Shown here piece by piece: positions 27,655 through 37,131 of a DNA stretch of 64,000 bases. Every line of letters begins with the position of its first letter. Positions within the stretch are counted from its first letter, which is position 1. Source of the stretch: Escherichia phage vB_EcoM_Schickermooser; sequence record NC_048196.1; one strand, given 5' to 3'. The notes under the pieces were generated by a model. It worked only from the letters and a program-made list of their open reading frames with translations, made no database searches and was not told the DNA's origin. A program made the position numbers and the translations under genes.

Positions 27655-29730
27655 GTGGCAAAGAAAAAGGCAGCAGGTAGTTTAGCTGGAGTAGATATTG
27701 AAGTAAAGGCTCAACCAGGTAAACAGACTCTTGCAATGGATTTAATGCCAGAAGTTATGATTTATGGTGGTGCCGCTGGATGTGTTTCTGCTGAAACGGA
27801 ATATCTTACAAAAGACGGTTGGAGACAGATTAGTAAATATTCGGGAGAAGATATTTACCAATACAACCCTAAGAATAAGCGTTTAGAATTGGTAACACCT
27901 TACTTTGTAGAATACGATTTAAATGGAGATAATCTATACAGAATAACAAATGGTGTAGGATTGTTCCAAGAACTTAGTATGGAACACCGTTTTGTATTCT
28001 ATAAGAAAAAGAAATCAAAGAAACATTTCGAGATTCTTGTAGGAGATCTTATTGCATTACAGCAAATAGGAAAACCCCTGCAAGGTTATGTAGAAAATCC
28101 ATTCGGTAAACGTGTTCCTTTTAACATACCTGGTAAAAAGAGCACTTACTTAAAAATACACGAGGTTATTTCAACAGATGATAAGAAATATTGTTTTGAG
28201 ACTCCAAGCAGCTATATTGTCTTTAGACGTGGCGATCACTGCTTCGTTACTGGGAATAGCGGCAAGTCTCGTCTGCTATTGCTGAAAGCTTTAAAATACG
28301 CCTACAAAGATCCTTTGTTTGGTGGAATACTTTTCCGTAAGAACACCACTGCTCACCGTAAACCAGGTGGTCTGTTTACAGAAGCAAAACGTTTGTATCT
28401 TCCTTTACAACCGCACGTAAAAGAAAGTACAATGGATATCATTTTTGAAGCCACTGGTGGTGGAACCCTCAAATTTGACCATTTGGAAAATGACAACGTA
28501 ACAGCAGAAACAAACCATCAGGGTACACAGTATTCAATGGTAGGTTTTGACGAGTTAACCCACTTCACGCAATATGAAATGCTCTATCTTCTGGGACGTA
28601 TGCGTTCAGAATCAGAAACAAGCTTCATGTTGTGCACATGTAACCCCGATGCAGATAGTTGGGTTTTGAATTGGGTATTACCTTATCTCGATGAGGGCGG
28701 TTATCCTAGAGAAGATATGTGTGGTAAACAAAAATATTTCATCATTGTTAACGATGAACCTGTTTTTGCTGACACACCTGAAGAACTGAAAGAAAAATAT
28801 CCAGAAAACTGTTTCATGGAAAACCCTAATACAGGGGAGACAGTTGTTATTGAACCACAAACTTTCGTATTTATCGGTGGGACAATATTTGATAACCCAG
28901 AATTGATTAGGCTTAACCCTAATTATTTAGCACAGCTTAAATCACAAACAGCAATCAAAAGAGCACAACTCTTGGACGGCTGTTGGTTTGCACGTATACA
29001 GAAAGAGTCTTTCTTCCAACGTGAATGGTTGCATAAGATATCTTATAAAGATGTTCCTAATAATCTTAAACTAATGCGAGCATGGGATAAAGCTGTTTCA
29101 GTTCCTACAGAAACTTATCGTTATCCAGACTATACAACATCTGTCAAAATGGGTAAAGACCAAGATGGTAATATCTACATCTTTGGTGACTATGATTATG
29201 ATGCTGTGGATGAGAAAAGTAAAATTTTCGGAAGGTTTCGAAGATTACCTGGGGAAAGGGATAACCTGATTCTAAATCAATGTAAGATTGATGGACCAGA
29301 AGTTACAGTAGTTCTTCCTAAAGACCCATCTGGTGCTGGGACAATAGAATATACAGAGTCTGCAAAGAAACTTATTCTAGAGGGTTTTGTTGTTAAACCA
29401 GATGCTATGCCAGGCAACAAGAAAAAGCTTCAGCGTTTTATGCCTTTTAGTAGTGCGTGTCAAAACGGTTTTGTTTATATTGTTGAAGATTCTTTCCCTA
29501 ATGTGGAAACTTTAACCCACTTTTATAAAGAATTGGAATCTTTCAATGGTGAAAGATCTACAGCCACTATTAAAGATGACATTCCCGATGCTGCTGCTTC
29601 TTGTTTCAATACTCTGTCAAAAGAGAATACTTTCAAAGCAGTAGCTATCCCTGCAACAACAAATGCTCCTACAGGATACAGTAGAATGAACAGCGGATTT
29701 CACCAACCGTATAGTGTCCGTAAAAGATAA
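27655..29730 (+). CDS. terL: terminase large subunit (with putative intein)
   Basis: 691 aa, GTG start after AGGAGGG; split Walker A; upstream of portal. Confidence 0.75.
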   Translation: MAKKKAAGSLAGVDIEVKAQPGKQTLAMDLMPEVMIYGGAAGCVSAETEYLTKDGWRQISKYSGEDIYQYNPKNKRLELVTPYFVEYDLNGDNLYRITNGVGLFQELSMEHRFVFYKKKKSKKHFEILVGDLIALQQIGKPLQGYVENPFGKRVPFNIPGKKSTYLKIHEVISTDDKKYCFETPSSYIVFRRGDHCFVTGNSGKSRLLLLKALKYAYKDPLFGGILFRKNTTAHRKPGGLFTEAKRLYLPLQPHVKESTMDIIFEATGGGTLKFDHLENDNVTAETNHQGTQYSMVGFDELTHFTQYEMLYLLGRMRSESETSFMLCTCNPDADSWVLNWVLPYLDEGGYPREDMCGKQKYFIIVNDEPVFADTPEELKEKYPENCFMENPNTGETVVIEPQTFVFIGGTIFDNPELIRLNPNYLAQLKSQTAIKRAQLLDGCWFARIQKESFFQREWLHKISYKDVPNNLKLMRAWDKAVSVPTETYRYPDYTTSVKMGKDQDGNIYIFGDYDYDAVDEKSKIFGRFRRLPGERDNLILNQCKIDGPEVTVVLPKDPSGAGTIEYTESAKKLILEGFVVKPDAMPGNKKKLQRFMPFSSACQNGFVYIVEDSFPNVETLTHFYKELESFNGERSTATIKDDIPDAAASCFNTLSKENTFKAVAIPATTNAPTGYSRMNSGFHQPYSVRKR
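27781..28257 (+). mobile_element. putative mini-intein (159 aa) in terminase P-loop
   Basis: Begins CVSAETEYLTKDGW, internal S-x-x-H block, ends ...HCFVTGN followed by Ser; removal gives GAAGSGKS. Confidence 0.5.
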
Positions 29731-29733
29731 TTG

Positions 29734-29762
29734 TTGACAAAAGTCACTTTAAAGTGTATTAT
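29734..29762 (+). promoter_or_regulatory. sigma70-like promoter TTGACA-17nt-TATTAT
   Basis: Read directly upstream of portal gene. Confidence 0.5.
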
Positions 29763-29831
29763 AACTAGATAGGTGAGGTTGTATATAATACAGCCTTGCC
29801 TTAACGATTTTATACCTGACTGGAGGAACAA

Positions 29832-31397
29832 GTGTCAACAGGAAAAAGAACGTACACTAAAAAGTCAGAATACTGGGACAAAGGTGCTGCAAATAAAGCT
29901 GCTCTCTCTCCAACAAAAGAGGCAGAGAAAGAGAAAACGTTACTCCTGTCACCTGAAATAGGAACGATCGGATTAAACTCAATCAAAGCATTTACGAATT
30001 TCATGCAACCTTATGAGACTCGTTTCCCAGAATGTATTCGCACTTTTAAAGAGATGGGTGAAGACCCTGATGTAGCTACTGCTCTTGACGCTACATATAT
30101 CTTTGTAGATAGAGCATTCTTTGATTTCAAGATAAAATACAATGTAAACTCGGCAAAGTCAAGAAAAGCTGCTAAGTTTATTGATTACATGTTACGCAAT
30201 ATGCAAGCCCCTCTACGTCAATATGTTAGATCACTTTTGACATATAAGCAATACGGGTTTGCATTCGCAGAAAAAGTTTATGAGTTGGATGAAGATCCTA
30301 AGAGTCCTTACTTTGGGTATTGGCGATTGACCAAACTGGCTTTTAGACCACAAGACACTCTTCACATGGCTCAACCTTTTACATATTCGGCAGACGGACG
30401 TTCTATTCTATCTGTTAACCAGAATATCACCAATACGATGTTAGCTCCAGGTAATACAACTTTAGAAACTGGTATTAAAGAAATTCCTTTCAGTAAAGTT
30501 TTATTTGTTGGTAGTAACATTACAGAGAATAACCCACTAGGAGTTAGTCCGCTTTTAGCTGTATATCGTAGCTGGCGTGAAAAATCTCTTATTCAGGAAT
30601 TTGAGGTTATTGGGGTATCTAAAGATTTAGGCGGTATGCCAGTTCTTAAGGTTCCAAGTGACATTCTAAACAGGGCATCTTTAGATCCTGCTGGGGATGA
30701 AGCACAATCTCTTCGAGTTCTCCAAGCCAATATCGCTAACCTGCACTCTGGTGAGCAAGCCTATATGGTATTGCCTTCAGACGTTTATGAAGGCACAGTG
30801 ATGCGTCAATACGATCTTGTATTCCAAGGTGTTGATGGCACGGGTAAACAGTTTGACACTCAAGCACTAATCAAACAACGCAAACTGGATATTTATAACC
30901 GCTTTGGTGCGGGTGTGTTGATTATGGGTGATGGTGATGCAGGAAGTTTTGCGCTTTCTGACAACAAACAAACACTATTGTCTCATTTTATTGAGCGAGA
31001 TGTAGATATTGTTGTAGAAGCTATAAACTCTCAACTGATCCCTCAAACACTACGACTAAACAATATCTTCCTTTCTGATGAAGATATGCCTAAGTTTGTC
31101 AGTGGTGAAATGGGTGATCCTGATATTGAAGTAAATGCTAAAGCTATTCAGCAGTTGGTAGCCTCTGGTGCAATACCTTTAACCCCAGAAGTTATTAACG
31201 AGTTCCTTGAAAAAATTGGTTTTGAATATCGTATCCCTGACGATATTGTTGCCAATAAAGAGAAATTCTTTGAATTCATGGATAACTATATGCCTGACAA
31301 AACTTCACGATCAGGAGATGGTTTAGCTACAGCGGGAACTGGAACGTCTGATACTGTTTCTGCTTTAGATCCTTCGGCACAAAACCTGTCGAATTAA
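29832..31397 (+). CDS. portal protein
   Basis: 521 aa, GTG start with GGAGGA RBS, immediately after terminase. Confidence 0.55.
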   Translation: MSTGKRTYTKKSEYWDKGAANKAALSPTKEAEKEKTLLLSPEIGTIGLNSIKAFTNFMQPYETRFPECIRTFKEMGEDPDVATALDATYIFVDRAFFDFKIKYNVNSAKSRKAAKFIDYMLRNMQAPLRQYVRSLLTYKQYGFAFAEKVYELDEDPKSPYFGYWRLTKLAFRPQDTLHMAQPFTYSADGRSILSVNQNITNTMLAPGNTTLETGIKEIPFSKVLFVGSNITENNPLGVSPLLAVYRSWREKSLIQEFEVIGVSKDLGGMPVLKVPSDILNRASLDPAGDEAQSLRVLQANIANLHSGEQAYMVLPSDVYEGTVMRQYDLVFQGVDGTGKQFDTQALIKQRKLDIYNRFGAGVLIMGDGDAGSFALSDNKQTLLSHFIERDVDIVVEAINSQLIPQTLRLNNIFLSDEDMPKFVSGEMGDPDIEVNAKAIQQLVASGAIPLTPEVINEFLEKIGFEYRIPDDIVANKEKFFEFMDNYMPDKTSRSGDGLATAGTGTSDTVSALDPSAQNLSN

Positions 31398-31425
31398 AAA
31401 TATTTAATATTTTTTAATTTTTCTA

Positions 31426-31454
31426 TTGACAAAACAACAAATATCCTGTAGACT
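31426..31454 (+). promoter_or_regulatory. sigma70-like promoter TTGACA-17nt-TAGACT
   Basis: Read directly; AT-rich tract upstream. Confidence 0.5.
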
Positions 31455-31490
31455 AAGATTTATGGGATATCTGTTTTTAAGAGGTTTCAA

Positions 31491-31970
31491 ATGGAACTCA
31501 ATAAAGATACACTGTGGGAACTCTTCAAAACCTTCGCTGGTTTTAAAGAGAATTCTGAATCCCAACAAGATTCTATACCATCTCAAAAACCTGAAACTCT
31601 AGTCAAACAAAATAAATTTGATGAAGAAAAGATGCAGGTTATTGAGGTCTTGTATTGTCCACCTGAAGAAGACGATCTCCACGGAGAGCGCATGTCTGAT
31701 TTGGAAATCAGGAAGATGGTTGACAACTTCAATGAGAATATTACCAACATTAGTGGTAATCTTGGTCACATGAAGAACACCGATAAGTTTTCTCCAATTA
31801 AAGCTTGGGTAAATGAAGTCGATTGTTACATTGGTGACGAACTCGTTGTGGAAGGAACTCCCCTCGTTAAAATCCAATTCAACGACCCTGAATTATATCA
31901 AGCTCGTAAAGACGGCGTTCTTAAAGGTTTGAGTATAGGCGCAATGGGCGTTAAAGTCAAGAAGGACTAA
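31491..31970 (+). CDS. head morphogenesis protein (possible prohead protease)
   Basis: 159 aa between portal and scaffold; function by position only. Confidence 0.3.
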   Translation: MELNKDTLWELFKTFAGFKENSESQQDSIPSQKPETLVKQNKFDEEKMQVIEVLYCPPEEDDLHGERMSDLEIRKMVDNFNENITNISGNLGHMKNTDKFSPIKAWVNEVDCYIGDELVVEGTPLVKIQFNDPELYQARKDGVLKGLSIGAMGVKVKKD

Positions 31971-31972
31971 TC

Positions 31973-33088
31973 GTGGCAAATACATATTTAACTAACGTAG
32001 ACTTTTCTGGAAAAGCTACGGAAGAGTCACTAGGTGCTCATATTGCTTACACTTTTGATTTTCAAGGTGGAGCGGCATCTGGTTATAATACCCCCCTTTT
32101 ATTTAAGTCAGACGGATCTCCAGACATAACTTTTGAAAAGTTAGAAGCTCTCACTAAAATGGGAGAAGATGTTACAGAGTTACGTAAAAGCTATATTCAA
32201 CAAGTGATGGATCGCATTTCTGAAAAAGTGCGTGAAAAATTTGAAGCTGGTTGGGATTGGGTTTACGTTATTGATGCTGACTTCGATGCGAACGTTGCAA
32301 TTTTCTGTTCAGATAACGGTATGTTCTCTGTTGGCTTTAAAGTTGACGGACTGAATGTTGAAGTTGAAGAGGTTGCTAAACCTGTTGTTCGTGTTACTGA
32401 TTATCAAGTTGTTGATGGTGATGTAATGATCTCCATTGATTTCTTTGAGGACGTTTTAGACGATGCTTTGAGTAATCTCGTTAAGAGTTCCTTGAAACAA
32501 AGTCAAGTTAAAGATTATTTAGTGAAAGCTCACGCTAAAGCTAATACAAACTCTGTGGATGCAGAGGCTAACCCCGCAGGTGATAAATCTGCAAACACAA
32601 CTGGAATCAATAAAGGAGAAACCCCTTTGGAAAATATCAACAAAGAAGAATTCCTGAAATCTGCTGAATTCCAAGAACTGATGAAAGCACAGATCGCTGA
32701 AGCTGTAGAAAAAGCAGCCGCAGATGCACGTGCAGCCGCAGAACTTGAAGCACAGGAAAAAATCGCTAAGGCAGAACAGGAAGCAGAAGAACTTCGTAAA
32801 GCTGAACAAGCTCGTATCGAAGAAGAATATACAACTGTTGTTAAATCCTATTCTTTCGTAGAAGAAGACAAAGTTGAAGCTCTCGTTAAATATCTGGTAG
32901 ACAATAAAGATATCGCTGAAACTATCGTCAAAGCATTCGAAAAAGCACGTGCAGAAGTGGACGCAGTTAAGAAAGAATTTGGAGCAGAACGTGGTGTTGA
33001 TGTGATCAATACTCAACCTGTAGCTAAATCTTCTTCTGAACTGATTAGTCAGAAAGCTGCTGAACTTAAAAAAGCCCAGAAACAATAA
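31973..33088 (+). CDS. putative head scaffolding protein
   Basis: 371 aa; Ala/Glu/Lys-rich coiled-coil C-terminal half; precedes capsid genes. Confidence 0.4.
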   Translation: MANTYLTNVDFSGKATEESLGAHIAYTFDFQGGAASGYNTPLLFKSDGSPDITFEKLEALTKMGEDVTELRKSYIQQVMDRISEKVREKFEAGWDWVYVIDADFDANVAIFCSDNGMFSVGFKVDGLNVEVEEVAKPVVRVTDYQVVDGDVMISIDFFEDVLDDALSNLVKSSLKQSQVKDYLVKAHAKANTNSVDAEANPAGDKSANTTGINKGETPLENINKEEFLKSAEFQELMKAQIAEAVEKAAADARAAAELEAQEKIAKAEQEAEELRKAEQARIEEEYTTVVKSYSFVEEDKVEALVKYLVDNKDIAETIVKAFEKARAEVDAVKKEFGAERGVDVINTQPVAKSSSELISQKAAELKKAQKQ

Positions 33089-33107
33089 TCTTAGGAGATT
33101 AAATTAA

Positions 33108-33506
33108 ATGGCTAAAGGAATTACTTTATCTAACTCTCGCCAGGAATTCGGACACCTGGTTCTGGGTGGAGTGTTTAGCTCTGACCTTGGACACTGTGTA
33201 CGTGAAGTTAACCTGGTTAAAACAGCAACCATGAAAATTGGTTCTATCCTGAAAGCTGACAACACTGAAGCTGCTAAAGCTGAAGCTGCCGATGCTGCTA
33301 AAGTTCTGATTTGGACTGATGCTCTGTTCGGTATTGATGATGTAGCAGTAGGTGACACTTTCACCGCAGTTGTTGGCGTACGTGATCTTACTCTGAACCG
33401 CTTTGCAGTATACTACAAAGATGGCTCCCTGGTAGATGACGCTGGCGTAGCAGCACTGGAAACACATGATCTGAAACTGACCGAAAAAGTCGTTTTCACT
33501 TCTTAA
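33108..33506 (+). CDS. putative head decoration protein
   Basis: 132 aa directly upstream of major capsid gene; host-optimal codons. Confidence 0.4.
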   Translation: MAKGITLSNSRQEFGHLVLGGVFSSDLGHCVREVNLVKTATMKIGSILKADNTEAAKAEAADAAKVLIWTDALFGIDDVAVGDTFTAVVGVRDLTLNRFAVYYKDGSLVDDAGVAALETHDLKLTEKVVFTS

Positions 33507-33527
33507 TTTTAATAGGAGATTAATATA

Positions 33528-34529
33528 ATGCCAGCAGTAATTTTAGATCAGGTTGTAGATTTCAGCCCTATGATCGAACTTCAGGATTCCCCTGATACAC
33601 TGATTGCCAGCCTGAATCTGTTCAGTGTTGACTATCATTCAACTACCGCTATTGAAATCGGTAAAGAAAAAGCTGAAGATGCTCTGATCTCCGCTCGTGA
33701 GCGTGGTGGTGAGCGTAACTTCCTGACCATGAAAAATCCAGAACTGAAAGCGTTCCGCATTCCGTTCTTCCCTCTGGATAAAAACATCAAAGCTCAAGAT
33801 ATTCAATCTTTCCGTAGCTTTGCAATGGCAGGAATCAATGACTCTCTGCGCACAGACGCTGAAGTTGTTAACCGTTATATGTCCCAGATTCTGCGTGACG
33901 TAGCAAAAACCAAAGAGAAAATCTTTGCAGAAGCAGTTATGGGTCGTGCCTATAACGGCGTAGGTGGTGCAGCTAACTCTGCATACAACTGGTATACCGA
34001 GTGGAATGCTACCCAGAAATCTGTTGCTGTAGACTTTGCTTCTACCACTGTTTCTCCAGCAGCCACTATCGAACAAGAAGCTCGTGCTTACATCATCGAT
34101 ACTAAACAAGATGGCTCTACCGCTACCCGTATCGTAGCTCTGTGTTCTCGTGAATTTTTCGCATCTCTGGTTAACTCTCCATTTGTTCGCCAGGCGTATC
34201 AGTATTTCCAGGGAACTCCTAACCTTCTGCGTGACCGCCTTAGCGGTAACATGGATGTTCAGGTGTTCGAATGGAACGGTGTAACTTACATTGAAGATAT
34301 CCACGGTAACATCCCTGCTGGTGAAGCATATGTTCTGCCTATGGGTATCGAAGGTATGTTCCAGGCGCACTACGCTCCTGCGGATACTCCAGAACTGGCT
34401 AACACCCAGGCTCGTGAACTGTATACCTTCATGATCAGCCAGCACCGCACTATTCAGCTTCAGTCTGAATTCTCGCTGCTCGCAGTTAACACCCGTCCAG
34501 AACTGGTAGTTAAACTGACTACGGCTTAA
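33528..34529 (+). CDS. major capsid protein
   Basis: 333 aa; strongest host-like codon bias in window; followed by strong terminator. Confidence 0.6.
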   Translation: MPAVILDQVVDFSPMIELQDSPDTLIASLNLFSVDYHSTTAIEIGKEKAEDALISARERGGERNFLTMKNPELKAFRIPFFPLDKNIKAQDIQSFRSFAMAGINDSLRTDAEVVNRYMSQILRDVAKTKEKIFAEAVMGRAYNGVGGAANSAYNWYTEWNATQKSVAVDFASTTVSPAATIEQEARAYIIDTKQDGSTATRIVALCSREFFASLVNSPFVRQAYQYFQGTPNLLRDRLSGNMDVQVFEWNGVTYIEDIHGNIPAGEAYVLPMGIEGMFQAHYAPADTPELANTQARELYTFMISQHRTIQLQSEFSLLAVNTRPELVVKLTTA

Positions 34530-34550
34530 CAGAACTCTGCTAATATTAGA

Positions 34551-34583
34551 GGCTCGTCCGTGATGGGCGAGCCTTTTCTGTTT
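34551..34583 (+). terminator. rho-independent terminator after capsid gene
   Basis: GGCTCGTCCGTGATGGGCGAGCC then TTTTCTGTTT. Confidence 0.6.
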
Positions 34584-34613
34584 ACAATAAGAGTTTACAA
34601 TGAGGAGATTGAT

Positions 34614-34958
34614 ATGTCAAACCCAGAATTGAAACGTTACTTTAGTTATCACGAAATGATTCGTGATTTCGAATCGCTTTCACCACTGATTGATGCTGAT
34701 AAAACATTAGTATCTGCGCCACCAATGTCTTTCTATCTGAAAGATGGTCGTATTGCATTAGGTGGAAACTTCATTCACTTCCTCACGCGTTTGAGAGAAG
34801 AAACAGGTATTCTTGTGCATCCTTTTGCAAGTGAAGAACACATGGGTTACTATCTTGTAAGTTACGAAGACTATGCACCTGTAAAAATCAAAGAAGAAGT
34901 TTTAAAAGTAGAAGCGGTAGACACTCCAGCTAAAAAACGTTCCCTTCGTAAAAAATAA
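34614..34958 (+). CDS. hypothetical head/neck protein (114 aa)
   Basis: ATG with AGGAGA RBS; track start 34560 overlaps terminator. Confidence 0.45.
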   Translation: MSNPELKRYFSYHEMIRDFESLSPLIDADKTLVSAPPMSFYLKDGRIALGGNFIHFLTRLREETGILVHPFASEEHMGYYLVSYEDYAPVKIKEEVLKVEAVDTPAKKRSLRKK

Positions 34959-34967
34959 GGTGGGCTT

Positions 34968-35516
34968 ATGCTGAATGCGGTAGAGTTGGCACCACTGATC
35001 CGAATTCTTGTTTATAACCCTTCTCAAGAAGTATTGCCAGATGCAATGCTGATTCAGATCGTCCAAACTTGGATTGATATTATAGGGAATGAAGATAAGG
35101 ATAAGTGTGCAGTATTGTGGAACAGCTTGATTTCTGTTTTAGAGTATTTATGGAACAACGATGTTCTTAATAACAATACTCAAACAGGAGGAGCTATGTC
35201 CCGCAGAGAAAAGATGGGTGAAGTCGAAGTTGAAGTTAAATTTAACAACGGTCAAGTAACTTATAAGTCTCCGTGGGAAGATATCTATCATAACTATTTA
35301 AATGGTCTTATGGTGATCCCTGGGTGCACGGCAGGACGAGGAGCAACCAGTAAAGTTCTTATTGGTGGTGTTGATGCTCGTGAGATTGATCGAGTAAACA
35401 GTGATCCTAACTCTGTAAATGGTCTTGGTAATGTTGCAAGTGTTGATCGTAATACACGCAACGTTAATTATTTGCGAAATTACGGACCTGTTTCTTTTTA
35501 TCGTAGGGACAAATAA
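34968..35516 (+). CDS. hypothetical head-tail connector protein (182 aa)
   Basis: Track ORF. Confidence 0.4.
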   Translation: MLNAVELAPLIRILVYNPSQEVLPDAMLIQIVQTWIDIIGNEDKDKCAVLWNSLISVLEYLWNNDVLNNNTQTGGAMSRREKMGEVEVEVKFNNGQVTYKSPWEDIYHNYLNGLMVIPGCTAGRGATSKVLIGGVDAREIDRVNSDPNSVNGLGNVASVDRNTRNVNYLRNYGPVSFYRRDK

Positions 35517-36004
35517 TGGAAAGTGAGATCTTACCAGGTGACGATACAGATTGGGAAACCATTATCAAAAAGATGATGGACCTTGAACAAGTTCAAATCG
35601 AAGCTGGTTTTTTAACAAACAAAAGGCATCCTGAATCAGATCTCACTATTCCTGCAATAGCAGCTATTCAACAATATGGTAATGAAACAAACAACATACC
35701 TGCTCGCCCTTTTATAACAGATGGTGCTGTTATCTCACAGAACAATATCGCTAAAAAGATGAAGCAGGTGTTTGCAAATTACCTAATGAATAATGTCGGG
35801 TTAGCTGTTTTTGAGCCTATAGCGAGAGCCTCTAGAGAAGGAATAGCTCAAGCGATTGCAATGCAACGTTATCGTCCTTTATCTCCTGTGACAATTAAGA
35901 TACGACAAGATAAAGGCAACTATTCTAATCATATCTTAATAGATACGGCACACATGATAAATGCAATCGAAACAAAAATCACAAAAAGCAAGTCTAAAAA
36001 ATAA
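35516..36004 (+). CDS. hypothetical virion morphogenesis protein (162 aa)
   Basis: Track ORF; ATGA coupling with upstream gene. Confidence 0.4.
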   Translation: MESEILPGDDTDWETIIKKMMDLEQVQIEAGFLTNKRHPESDLTIPAIAAIQQYGNETNNIPARPFITDGAVISQNNIAKKMKQVFANYLMNNVGLAVFEPIARASREGIAQAIAMQRYRPLSPVTIKIRQDKGNYSNHILIDTAHMINAIETKITKSKSKK

Positions 36005-36005
36005 C

Positions 36006-36034
36006 TTGCATAAACTTTGTTTTTGATGTATACT
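36006..36034 (+). promoter_or_regulatory. sigma70-like promoter TTGCAT-17nt-TATACT
   Basis: Read directly. Confidence 0.5.
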
Positions 36035-36049
36035 AAAAAGGAGATACAA

Positions 36050-36466
36050 GTGTTACTAGATCAATTTACTCTCCTTGATCTAACTGAATACCAAGGTCGT
36101 AGACGAGTCTACAAAGAGGCAGTTGGTTCAGTTATTGCTAACTTAGAAAGTAGTGTAGAGTATGAACCATTTACTATCGAAGCAGCAAGCTTACAACCGA
36201 TATCTGGTAAAACACTGAATGCACTACCTGAAGGTTACAGATCTAAGGCTCAATATAGTTTCTGGACTAAAACAGAAATGAAGGGGTTACAACAAGGAAC
36301 AGAACAGTTATCAGATCAGATATTGATAGATGGTAAATGGTATTCTGTTTATTCCCTTAAAGATTGGACCAGAACATCTTTCTTAGTCCATCATCACTGT
36401 GTTGCAATATTAGACGATCAAAACAACTCCTGGTCTTATGGAACAGAAGGAGGAAACTTTGGCTAA
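36050..36466 (+). CDS. hypothetical tail-associated protein (138 aa), GTG start
   Basis: AAGGAG RBS then GTG; track start 36017 lies inside promoter. Confidence 0.45.
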   Translation: MLLDQFTLLDLTEYQGRRRVYKEAVGSVIANLESSVEYEPFTIEAASLQPISGKTLNALPEGYRSKAQYSFWTKTEMKGLQQGTEQLSDQILIDGKWYSVYSLKDWTRTSFLVHHHCVAILDDQNNSWSYGTEGGNFG

Positions 36467-37097
36467 TATTTACCAACAAATAGAAGCATACGAAAATGCC
36501 ATCTACTTAAATATAGGTGGCTTCCTTCAAGAATTAGTGGGGTTGCCAGTCTATGTTATGGATAAGCCATTCATTAAACCGGATACTCCTTACCTAGCAC
36601 TACGTATTATCACTTCCAGCGATTCTGGAGGTTGGTCTTACCGAAGTTCTATTCAAAATGATATGTATTCCTACGAGATGGATAATACCTACGAGATTGA
36701 ACTTGTAGCCTATCGTGGAAGACCTACCACTTTGATGAGCTATGTTCTGGCTGCTCTCCGTGGTGCAGAGGAATTAAAATACAAACATCTCTATTCTAAA
36801 GGTCTTGGTTTTTTAGGAGCCTCTAATATAGCTCAAGCCAATACAATTGTAGACGGAGATAAGACTGAATTAAGAGCGCGTATGGTTATGACGTTCAACA
36901 CTCGCATGAGTATTGAAGATATTGCTACTACACCAATAGAAGCAATCAACATGCACATCCGTTCATTCAGAGATAGTTACAATGATCCTATCCCTTTAGA
37001 TTTAATTCTAAACAGGGTTTATGCAATTACTTTGGTTCCAGGCGAATACTCGTCAGTTAATCAAAATGGATCATTATTTAACAACCCTACCGAATAA
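36438..37097 (+). CDS. hypothetical tail-associated protein
   Basis: Track ORF; alternative TTG start at 36459 after AAGGAGG. Confidence 0.45.
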   Translation: MEQKEETLANIYQQIEAYENAIYLNIGGFLQELVGLPVYVMDKPFIKPDTPYLALRIITSSDSGGWSYRSSIQNDMYSYEMDNTYEIELVAYRGRPTTLMSYVLAALRGAEELKYKHLYSKGLGFLGASNIAQANTIVDGDKTELRARMVMTFNTRMSIEDIATTPIEAINMHIRSFRDSYNDPIPLDLILNRVYAITLVPGEYSSVNQNGSLFNNPTE

Positions 37098-37131
37098 ACT
37101 CATTGGAATTAAGTTTCTAACAGGAGCATAA

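Noticed and set aside
32519-33085. Minus-strand ORF (188 aa), Phe/Cys-rich
   Set aside because: Antisense to the scaffold gene in a uniformly plus-strand late operon; no RBS.
33639-34445. Minus-strand ORF (268 aa)
   Set aside because: Antisense to the major capsid gene; arises from lack of stops opposite a codon-biased gene.
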